This document shows positions 39,201 to 51,200 of a stretch of 64,000 nt of DNA, in pieces. Under the pieces are notes generated by a model that was not told the origin of the DNA, made no database searches, and worked only from the letters and a program-made list of their open reading frames with translations. Position numbers and translations under genes: made by a program. The stretch covers positions 183,520,001-183,584,000 of the forward strand of contig OZ024743.1 of NCBI GenBank assembly GCA_964016885.1. Direction: 5' to 3'. The stretch is from Eledone cirrhosa (lineage: Eukaryota). Each line of letters begins with the position of its first letter. Positions within the stretch are counted from its first letter, which is position 1.

Positions 39201-42200
39201 TAACAAAACTTTTGTATTTTATCATCATCCATAATCCTTCTTGTTGATTTGTTGTGAAGTAAATTCCTTTCTCAAAACCAAATACAACAGAGAATTAAAA
39301 CTTTGTTGTAAACTCATCACTCTATGGCCTTCTTTCCCACCTAAGCACATATATTGACTTTTTACAGTCTTAGAGTCTCATAACTGTCATCATCATTATT
39401 TTATGTCTACTTTTCCACACTTTCATGGATTCGAAAGGTCTTTTTCATCACAGCATCTCTCCATTTGTCATCTCCACTGTGAGTTCCATTGATTTGAGAT
39501 CAGCTCTTAGCACTTCTACTCAGGTCTTCCTTGGCCTTCCCCTCTACTGTAGCTTCCTTCCACTGGAATATTTAATGAAAGGCTTTGTAAGCTCCAGTGG
39601 GTTTTCATGCATCAGGTTTTAGTTATGTGATAGGAATTCATGAACAGCTAATTCAAAATGTTATACAGTACATGCAAAAAACATTAGTATTAATAACACT
39701 ACAATTCTATATAGAATTCCACCAAAAAACAAGACATGAATTATAACTGCCATGCTTGAATTGTTCAGAAATTTTATATCAAGTGTCTGTGATTTTGTAT
39801 CACTGTTATGATCCTTTATAAATACTGCTAAAGACTTGACTATGTACCTAATATCACCATTCTGATTCTGAAGTGGCTGTGAAGGCATTGAAACATTAAT
39901 ACACTCATGAGATTTAGGAATGTTATTGTTCCAAATTAAACATGAACTAATAATACAGAAAATTGTTAATAATGACCAAACTGTCATATTTTCAGTCGTT
40001 TCCAACATGTTTGAAAGGAAAGCTGCCTCTACTTATACAAATATAAATATATTTATTCTAGTTTTGATTATTAAATGAGATATTTTAAATGCATTACCAC
40101 TGAAACTATAATTTCACAAATTGCTACATATTATGGCATGACATGGTCCCTTAAAACTCCCGATGAAGACGTTGGGGCGCCATATCGAAATATGGCGTCT
40201 CTTGGGCAAATTTCTTTCAGAGAAGAATAGAGAGGGGGGAACTGGGAAAGAGATATAGAGGAAGTAACGACTCCAGTACTAGATTGATACTTTTTTTATT
40301 GACCTCGAATGAATGAAAGGCAAGGTTCTGCAATTCTTGCACTTAATTCAGCTTCCTGCCTTCCATCACTCGTGAATACAGCCTTGAAATACTTGAACTT
40401 CTCTACCTGCTTCAGTGGAACTCAACAAGTAGAGTACACTGTGCAGGCTTCCTTGAGAGGGTGAGTGTCTCAGTTTTCACAGCATCAAACCTATCGAGTG
40501 CAAGTTGGAGATCACCTGTCAAGTTAAGTTACACCATGTCGTCTGCAAATTTCAACTGACTGCTTTTACACAAGTCAAACATGATACTACTTCCAACCTG
40601 GCTGCACATGTAAATAATGAACAGGTGATGTGACAGTACACACCTTGGCGTGATTTGCAAAGAGCAGCAACGAATACCACAAAGCATTCTATCCGACGTT
40701 CTAACGACTCTGCTAAATTCGCATACTATAGATTAAAATGTTATCCAATGCAAGGTACATTACTCTGCTCCCAATCATTAATCATTAAAAGTTATAACAC
40801 ATTTGTCTCCCTTGGACTTACGAAATAATTTATAGTTTACCTGTATTCTAGTAACTCACTATAAAAGGATGCACGTACACACATATATTTATGGTTTATC
40901 ATTTAACACTTTTGATACCAACCCACCCCAAACTACTCCTGGTTCTATGAAATAAACCCACAGTTTCAAGAGGCCTTAAATTAAAATCTTCCAACATAAT
41001 TTTACACAAGAACCATATTTTAAGTCAACATGTTAGTATAATGAGTCTACAATTTTAGTAAATCCTTCAAAATTCTTCATTACCCTTGTAGGCATGTCCA
41101 CGTGTGTTAGACACATGGAGATCAAAAAGGTGCTTAGGGTTGTTGTTGGCGAAATGTTTAATAACTTTGTGGCTGTTTACCAAGTCCATTGCCAGACGTC
41201 GGAGCTTCAATGAATCCATGCCCAGGGAAACAAGGCGTTCAGAGTATGGTAGGTGTGTGATGGAGGGTATGCGCTTGGTTGCACGTCTCTGAACAGTTTC
41301 CAGGAGGTCAATGTTCTGAGCAAGATAGGGATTCCAGACTGATGATGCGAAATCCAAGTGTGGTCGTACCATAGCTGTATACAGCTTTAAATAGATGGCT
41401 GGAGAGCGGCTAATAAAGGTCTTGCTGAGTGATGCCAAGACATCCTTGACCTTCTTGACAATCTTAGAGATGTGCTTTGTCCAACGCAAATCGCTGCTGA
41501 CAGTAATGCCCAGGTCACGTTCACAAGAGGACTTCTTGATATCAGTGTTGTGGAGGGAGTATGTGGACGCTGGATTTTTCCTTCCAAAATGCATGGTGGT
41601 ACACTTGTTCACAGCCAGCTTCAGTTGCCAGTCTGCGATCCATTGCTGCATTGTGTCCAGGTCTGATTGTAGGAAAGAATTGTAGATTTCAGGATCAGTC
41701 CTTTTGATTTCAAAGTACAGCTTGATGTCATCTGCATATTTCAGTACCGTGGCATCTATGTCATTAATATATGCCACAAACAAAAGGGGACCAAGAACAG
41801 ATCCCTGTGGTACACCAGATGATATCTCACATGGTGAAGAATGCTGTCCTAGAACCGTGACTACCTCTTTTCGGCTGAGAATAAAGGATTTCAACCAGTT
41901 AAAAAGATCATCCCTCACACCCATAGCAGAGAGTTTCGCCATAAGTCTTTTGTGTGGCACAGAATTAAAAGCCTTAGCGAAGTCAAGGTAAACAACATCC
42001 ACCCATGAGCCACTGTCAGTGATCCGGGTAATGTCTCAAAGAACTCGATAAGCTGTCTTATGCTCAGTCTCTCTCTCAATTCGTTTATGCTTTGCTATTC
42101 GCATAAATTACTATTACACACCCATCGAGCATGCAAGCTACGTTTCTTTTTAATCAACGCAAGTCTTCTACACACAGTGCCCAGATCTCACTACCATGTA

Positions 42201-45200
42201 ACATTGCCGTTCGTATGCATGCATCATACAGTCTGCTTTTCATTTTGAGGGAAAAGCCTTTTGCAGCTAGCAGTGGTAGTAGCTCCCTGAACTCTTCCAT
42301 CCCGTTCTTACTCTGGTTAATGTACTTTCAGAACACCCACCTCCACTGCTAATTCGGTCACCTAGGTAGCAGAAGCTGTCCACTGTTTCTACAGAGCCCT
42401 CCCAGAGTTTGGTGGTACTTGTTTCCTGTGGCTGTTTGCTGCTTACTGTCTCAGTGCAGCTGCTACATGTAAAGCCTACATTCCTAACTAAGCTTCCAGA
42501 GATCCCACATATCTTGTGTACCCATAGTTTGCATTTGGGGCAGAGGATGGAGTTCCTACCTACACCTTTCCTACATACTGAGCAAGGCCATTTCCCTGAG
42601 GGGATCTGGTTTCTGTTTTCTCGTCTACATATGAGGACCTTAGTCTTTGTCAGATTGACTTTGAGACCCATTTTTTTCCAGTCTCTGCTTCCATGTTTGG
42701 AATTTCTTTAGTTCTGCCATAGATTCAGCTATAATTGTAATATCATCCACATACAGAAGTTCCCATGGGCATCCGGTCTTAAACTCCTATGTTATAGCCT
42801 GCAATACTATAATAAACAGAGCCCTGGTGGACACCGATCTGTATGCTAAATTCCATGCTATAGTCATTGTTAACCCTAACTTTGCTGACTGCTGCCCTAT
42901 ACATGGCTTGTACAGCTTTCATAAGCCATTCATCTACGCCTAGTTTTCTAAGAGCCCACCAGATTATAGCACGGGGCACTCTGTCGAAGGCTTTTTCCAG
43001 ATCAACAAATGCCAGGTAGAGCAGCTTACTTTTAGCTAGGTACTTTTCCTGTAACTGCCTCACAAGCAAGAGAGCATCAGTGGTGCTTTTTCCTGCCACA
43101 TACCCAAACTGCATCTCATCTAGTTTTACCCGGTCCCTAATCAACTGTGCTATAACTCTTTCTGCTATTTTCAGGACCTGGTCCATCAGCTTTATACCTC
43201 TGTAGTTTCCTCTATCTAGTGCATCTCCTTTACCCTTGTAGCAGTTGACAATGATGCTGCTGCGCCAATCCTTTGGTATGACACCCTCTAGTATTACCTG
43301 GTTAACAATTCATGTGGTTATGGTGTGACCTACCGACCCAGATGCTCCTTCCCAGTCATCATATCTTTAATATCCTTACTTACTACGCTGCTGCTGACTT
43401 GTATTGCTGATCCCTCTATGGGGGTCAACTTGGGGTACAGTCTCTTTCACCCATGCATTCTCCTCATTTAGTAATCTTTCATAATGGCTCTTCCATGCAG
43501 CTTTCTTCTCAGCACTTGTGAGGGTAAGCTCATCTTTATCATTCTAGACACACTTCTCTGCCTCGCAATCCTGAACACCTGTATCTGGTCCTCATGCTGC
43601 AAAACATGCTTGAATTTTCTATCCTCTGCTTCGCTTCTAGCTAAGTATACTTGTCGCATAGCTTCCCTCCTGGTCTCTATGTAATGTACCCTGCTTCCCC
43701 CATTCTTCCATTCTTTCTATGTTCCACCACCAAGTCACTCACCTCCTCCCTGTGGTCTTGCTGTAACCACAGATCTCGTCCGTCGTCTTTAGTAAGTTAT
43801 TTTTTAGGAACTCCCAGTGCTCTTCTACATTGAATGTTTCTATCTGTTCTTCTTTAGTGTCATAGGCGTCGAGTAAAATATCTTTAAATCTGTTACTGGC
43901 TGAGGGGTCTTTCAGCTTCCAGATCTTTCTTCTCCAGGTTGCCTTCTGTTTCCAAGTTCGTCTAGTGAGGTCACTGACAACTAGGTTATGTTGGGAGGTA
44001 CAGTTCTCACCAGGGAAGGCTTTTGTGTTTACAACCATTCATCTATCACGTCCTCTGATGAGGATAAAATCTATCTGACTAGAATGCTCCCCTGATCTAT
44101 AGGTGATCAGATGGTTGTCGGGTTTTTTGAAGTTTGTGTTACATATCGACATGTCATTGGCATTGGAGAATTTCAGAAGCCTGAAGCCTTCTTCATTTCT
44201 TGTGCCAAACCCGTGGCCACCATGGACTCTATAGAAGCCATCATGGTGTTTACCAACGTGTCTGTTAAAATCTCCTTCAATGATTAGGAAGTCATTGTCG
44301 TTTGTTAGGGCAATAGTGTGCATTAGGGACTCGTAAAACCTATACTGAACTTTGTCTGGCAACCCCGATTGGAGAAGATAAGTAGTAGTAATAGTAGTAA
44401 TGGCAGAGTTTGTTGGGATTGGTAATGGGTAGGGGACATGTTGCTGAGGTTTGATTGGTCGAGTACGCGTATTAGTCAAGGTGAATATGCGAGGATTTCA
44501 AAGGTGTTCATCTAGCTTCGTAAACCTTGAAAAAGAGAGAGGAAGGGAGGTAATGGCTAAGGGATAGATGATTTTCGTAGAGAGAGAGAGAGAGTGATAG
44601 TCATAATAGGTAGCCATCATGGCTTATAGCAACGCGAGAAAAACAGGGGAAAAGTATATATGCGTTGTGGAGGTAAGCGAAATGATAAATAGCAACAATA
44701 ATAATTGTTTCTACTTTTGGCACAAGGCCAACAATAATCCAGTACATTACTGGTACTTTATTTTATCAACCCCGTAAGAATGAAAAGCAAAGTAAACCTC
44801 GGCGGGACTTGAACTCAGACCGTAAAGGGACATAACTATGCTGGGAAGCATGGCGTCTGACTCTCTACCGATACTGCCAATCCAATGTGAGCGGAACATA
44901 TATGTATATATCATCATCATCATCATCATCAACGTTTAACGTCCGTGTTCCACGCTTGCATGGGTTTGGACGGGGGTATTCCCACTTGAGGCAAGAGTGA
45001 TTGTCTTGCTCGCATAGGACTGTCTGGCAGGTTTTCTACAGTTGGATGCCCTTCCTAACACCAACCACATTTACAGTGTGGGTCTGGGAGGTTTTTACCG
45101 TGTTGCCTACACGGCCACATTACAGCGTGGACTGTGTGTTTTTTTGTCGACACCTACACGATCTCATTTGTTTCGGCCTGGATGGTGTGGCACCAACATA

Positions 45201-48200
45201 ACTTTACATAGGAGGGGGTGGTGTGGATGGGATGGGGGTGTATTTTGTTAGAGATGCCTACTGACTGTAGTAGGTTTTACTTTGTATTTAGGTAAGGCGG
45301 GTCTTCTCTATTACTGAGTACCGCCAAAGGTCTCGGTCCAGTGACATTGTCTTGGTGAGGTGTAAGTGTGTGAGGTATAAAATAATAATTTGATTATGCT
45401 ACTTTATGTGAGTACATGTTAATAGTATGTACCTACACTAAATTCAGCTTTAACTTGGTAGGATTGTTAGGATAGTGTTGTTGTCGAATCAATGATCTCA
45501 GAGGACCATGGGTAAATCTCCTTTCTCCAAATTACATTATTCAGGTACAGTGTATATATATATATATATAGACTACATTATTCAGGTACAGTGTATATAT
45601 GGACTACATTATTCTGGTACAGTGTATATATATAGACTATAATGTGGTCTATGTACCTGAATGATATAACTTTGATAGGTATCAAAGTTATATTATCCAG
45701 GTAGTGTATATATAGACCACATTATTCAGTTACAGTGTATATATAGACTACTTAAATCAATGTGTTATTTGTTTTTAAAAGGTAGCAGGTTGTGTAACTT
45801 AAAGAGGGATTTAGCTGTTACTTCTAGTAGGCCAAGTGACTACATACATGCACTTTCATTGGTTCAACGATTGTTTTGTTATTTTTGTTTAGCCCCAGGC
45901 TAACATATCTACTCATAGGGCATTCCAGCTCTGATCATACCATGTTTGTATAGTGGTTCTGATGTTCAGTGTTCCAGTTGTTTGAAAAATGGAACAGTCA
46001 GCTTGTGAAATTAATGTGTACATGGTTGACACATGTAACCTGTAATTTAAAGAGTCAACTTTATCACATACTGTGTCATGTTGAATCTTGAGAATTACCT
46101 TCAAAGATACATGTGTCTGTGGAATGCTCGGCTACTGAAACATTCATCAAAACTGATGGAAGGGCATTTCATTCCAAATGAATATATATGTATGTAAAGA
46201 TGTTCTTTCCTTGTCAGGGTGTATGTGTGAGGCTGTATATAGGAGCTACTGATATCACACTCATCATCACCGTTTTACGTCCGTTCTTCCACGCTAGCAT
46301 GGGTTAGACGGGTTGTCCTGTTGTGGGCAGGGTACAGTCAGCTGACCTTGTCTTGCTCATATGGGAACTGATTCTGGCTTGATTTCTACAACACCAACCT
46401 CATTTACAGTGAGTGGTGGATGCATTTTTTCCGTGGCGCCTACACGTCCACTTTAGTGTGGGCTGGGTACTTTTTTTGCCGTGGCACCTACACGACCACT
46501 TTGCAATGGAATGATAGGGACCCCAGTCCTATCATTTCATTTCTACAGCTGAGTAAACTGGAGCAATGTGAAATAAAGTGTCTTGCTCAAGGAAACAACA
46601 CATCACCAGGTCCGAGAATTGAACTCACAACCTTTCGATTGCAAGCACAATGCTCTAACCATTAAGCCATGTGCCTTCACTATACTTTATCATAAAACCA
46701 GGTAGGAGTTACTGATATCACATTCTAGTGTATTTTATCATAACACCAGGGTGGTTGCCATGTCTCAGATACAACTGAAGAATTCTCATCCTTTGCAAGT
46801 TTTATACAGCTAGATTCCCTTTTGTAGGAATTTCTATGAATCTCTTCCATTCTCACTAAATTATGTATTAAGGGGAGATTACTCTATCGGCGAATATTTA
46901 TGAATAGCTTCCCTTGCTTTACAGGTCATGTAAGACTGTCATTAACAAGTTTGTCTGGCTTAACACTGTCATTAACAAGTTTGTCTAGCTCAACACTGTC
47001 ATCTGGACCATGTATTCCTTTAACAGAGGCTACTGTATTGCAAGCATTCAAGTTAGCTATCTGGTCTGAGCAGAACTTTCTTCATTCCTCCCCTCAGTCT
47101 CAAAGTCCTTTCAAAAATGTCATGGGCACTGGACCCCCCTCCTCCCAATCATTCAACTTTAAACTCACCAATAACATTGTGGATTTTTAACTGGTTCTGC
47201 ATCTGGCCCTTTCAAAAAATTTTTAGCAGTATCCACCTCAAATTGCGAATTTTTCAATTCTGAAGTTTCCATTTTGGTGTCTTTAGATTCATCTTTGCTC
47301 TGCTCACTTGTTTCCCTTTCCCCCAACTGTGAAGCTTTATTAGACATGTCATCAGTATTCTCTTCATCAAAACTGTCTGCATTGGTCTGGGATGATTCAA
47401 TATCTTCAGCACCTGAAGTGATATGATCAACAGCAGTGATGAGTTGCTACTATTAACACATAAAATCTTTTTATATCTAGGTGGAATGGAGTTAACATTG
47501 GTCATGAAAACTGGCTAATGCTGGTGGTGGAGTAGAAACTATGAAACTGAAACAGAGAGTAAATAAGGAATATGATGTTGATCTCTGAGGATGAGGATTG
47601 GGATAGTAATGATGTAACGAAAAGTTAAATGGTTTTTATCTAATGTGATAAAATATTATTAAACCCATCATGAAGTTTGAAATCTTTTTCATTGCCTCTT
47701 ATGACACAGAGATACAGTGAACCTACTGTTAACAGAGAAGATTAGAAAGAACGGAAATAAGAATTGGATTGTGTATGCGTGGAGTATTGGTAAGAGAGAG
47801 GAAGGTAAACAATGAATTGAAGAGAATAGAACCAGTGATGAATGTTGTGAAAGGAACTAGAATGAGATGGTTGGGTCATGTGTTGAGGAAGGATGAAAGT
47901 GACTGGGGGGAGAGGAATAGAACCAGTTATGAATGTTGTGAAAGGAACTGGAATGAGATGGTTGGGTCATGTGTTGAGGAAGAATGAAAGTGACTGAGGA
48001 TGGGGGGGGGGATAGAATCAGTGATGCATGTTGTGAAAGGAACTGGAATGAGATGGTTGGGTCATGTGTTGAGGAAGAATGAAAGTGACTGGGTGAGAGG
48101 AGTAATGGGAATGAATGTGAGAAGTAGAAGATTGAGAAATTCAAGAGAGACATGGTTAAAGATGATAAAAGAGGAAATGAAAGCCAAAGGGTTAGTGAGG

Positions 48201-51200
48201 GGATATGAAGATGGCAGATTTAAAACAGAAGATTGTTATGGGGCCTGCAAGGCTTACCCCTGATTTAACAGGAAAGATCACCTTATCACACCCATTGTTA
48301 TCTGTGATAAAAAAAAACTCTAACATATTTTTCTATGCTAGCAGGGGTTACACGGGGTGTTACATTATGAGACAAGTTAGGTCCAGAAACCACATCATGC
48401 TCATACAGATCTGTATTTCGGTTTGGTTTCTATGGCTGGATGCCCTTCTTAACACCAACCACCTTACAGGGTAGATGAGGGGCTTTTTATTGTGGCAGCA
48501 AAACGACCATCTTACAGGGCGGACAGGGTGCTTTTTGTTGTGTCATCAGCACGACCACCTTACAGAGTGGACTTGGTGCCTTTTCTCATGTCACCAGCAC
48601 AATCACCTTACTGAATGGACTGGGTGCTTTTTCTCATGTCACCAACACGATCACCTTATAGAGTGGACTGGGTACTTTTTCTCATGTCACCAACACGACC
48701 ACCTTACATCTAGAAAAAACCCCACAGAAAACCTTTACCTGTTTGTGATGTTGTTTCGTCAGTATCATTTGATTTAGAGGCTGTGTTCATATCAGTCTCC
48801 ATTTCTGAAAGGTCCACCATATCTGCAGCTACTGGAGTGGCAGGAATGGTAGCTGGTGTATCAGGTGCATTATCTACTTCAGTCTCCATAGATGGTGAGT
48901 CATCAGGTGGTGGAGGAGGGGGTGTTTCAGTTTCAGTTGGTGGTGGAGGTGGTGGTGTGGTAGGTAGCTGTGGTTCATTTGATGAATTTTTGTCTTTTTT
49001 ATTGTTGCTATCGTCACTAGTTTTATCTGATGACTTACTCTCCACCTCCATGTTTTTCTCATCTTCACATTCTTTTGATGTTTCCTCTTTCTTTTCAGCA
49101 TCTTCCTTTTTACTGGATGTCATTTCAGCAACAGTTTCTTCCAAGGAATCACCAACTTTGGAACTGTAATGTACAAAATACAGGGTTATATATATTTAAA
49201 GACAAGACAAAAACTATGGCTTGCTCCATACTATAATCATTAAAATTATTATGTACAGTGCTCAGGTGCATATATAGTACATAGAATAATGTACAAATAT
49301 CAAGAAAGTGAACAGTGTATGAGTCATAATATACACAGATACATACATGCGTGTGTATGGAGAGGGAATATCAGGTTTAGTGTTTGCGAATTTCGGGAAG
49401 CATGGAAGTTTTGAAGGATGCAGTGTCCCAACAGCTAACAAGTGATGCAGGTAGTTTGTTCCATGCTTCAACAACTCTGAGCATGAAAAAATGTTTCTAG
49501 GTTTTCAAATTATCTGTGATAACAATTCCAACCCTTGCTAGGACAAATGGATTATGATGATAAATTCTTAATTTTAAAATACAAAAAGAAAAAAAAACAA
49601 TTAGTTGGACTTTTTTTTGTCCCCAGCAGATTACAGAAAACTAAGTACATTTGTCTCCCCATTTCACAGAAAACAATAACTGCTTTCAGCTTTTCTTTAA
49701 ATTCTGTTGAGCAGTAGTTTCCAAACTTATTTTGTTGTAGAACCCATACCTATATTTCAAGAGCAAAAGAAGTGAGTATGTTTATTCATCATCATAATGG
49801 AAGCACATGGCTTAGTGGTTAGAGCATTGGCCTTGCAATCGGAAGGTTGTGAGTTCAATTCTCAGACCGGGTGATGTGTTGTTTCCTTGAGCAAGACACT
49901 TTATTTCACATTGCTCCAGTTTACTCAGCTGTAGAAATGAGATGATAGGGACTGGGGTCCATATCATTCCACTGCAAAGTGGTCGTGGAGGTGCCACGGC
50001 AAAAAGGCACCCAGCACTCACTGTAAATGAGGTTGGTGTTAGGAAGGGCATCCAGCTGTAGAAATCAAGCCAGCATCAGTTCCCGTCCCACCTTTGCAAG
50101 CAGGGAAAAAGCGGACGTAAAATGAAATGAATGATGATGATTTAACATCTATCTTCCCTAATAGCAAGAGTTGGATGGGTTGTCACAGACCAGGGCTGGG
50201 AGCCACCGCATCTTGCCAACATATGCTTCTGTACTACTGAATGCTGTGTTTCATATATATATATATATAATGTTCGACTTTATATTGCTAGTCAGCTTTC
50301 ACATGCATATATATATATGTGCGCATGTGTCTATATGTATGTATGCACGTTACTGGTTGAGTTCTATATTAGCAAGAATTCTACATTTTGAATTCACCCA
50401 CCATGTGTTTTTTACCTCATACAAAGGTCATGTACAGCAAGTCTGTTAAATATGCGCTAATATGCACACACTAATGACCTACGTGTTGAGTCAGGTGTTA
50501 CCTGCTGAGGAAATGCAATTGCCCAATTGCATAATATCTGCTGATAATATGCAATTTCTGTATATTGCAGTTTTAATAACTGTTGTTGGGCAGAATATTG
50601 CATAGAAACGGAATCTATCCAGGAGTTAGATACATGACATATCTTTACCTAAACATAGCCACTGCACTCACTATTTAACTACTGTGTGCACTTTGAACAT
50701 TGATTGAGATGCAGTTTCACAACTGCAAGCTTATCGTCCCATTGAGTAAGTGAGCCATGGTCGGAGATCGCTGAAATAACATCAGTGATTTTCATAAACT
50801 CTATGTGTATATATATATATATCAAGCGTTAACCTAATATATCCCTTCCATATACTGTACCGATTGTGTTGTTATTTCTGTTTATCTTTTACATACATAT
50901 ATATATATATATATATATAGATATATATATAAAGACTGCATTGGTATGGACTTGTGATGCGCATGGAAGCCACAGCAGAGGAAGACTTGGATAGAAGTGG
51001 TGAGAACTGATCTCAGATCGCTAAAGGAACATGACAAGTGGAGAGATGCTTAACTGAAAAGGACCTGGCCAACCCATGAAAGCATGGAATGGACATATGA
51101 TGATGATTATATATATATCATCATCATCATCATCATCAACGTTTAACGTCCGTGTTCCACGCTCGCATGGGTTTGGACGGGGGTAGTCCCACTTGAGGCA

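Noticed and set aside
46927-47085. Short coding-looking minus-strand frame (DDSVELDKLVNDSVKPDKLVNDSLT)
   Set aside because: Explained by a 30-bp tandem duplication; no phase-compatible splice into it was found.
47413-47547. Upstream alternative acceptors for ASH2L exon 3 (47546, 47538)
   Set aside because: Both give in-frame stops after phase-1 joining (immediately, or after 15 codons); 47412 keeps the frame. They could only be NMD isoforms.
49798-49870. tRNA gene
   Set aside because: A and B boxes are present, but the sequence continues into a SINE body and tail and has several dispersed copies, so it is a SINE head.
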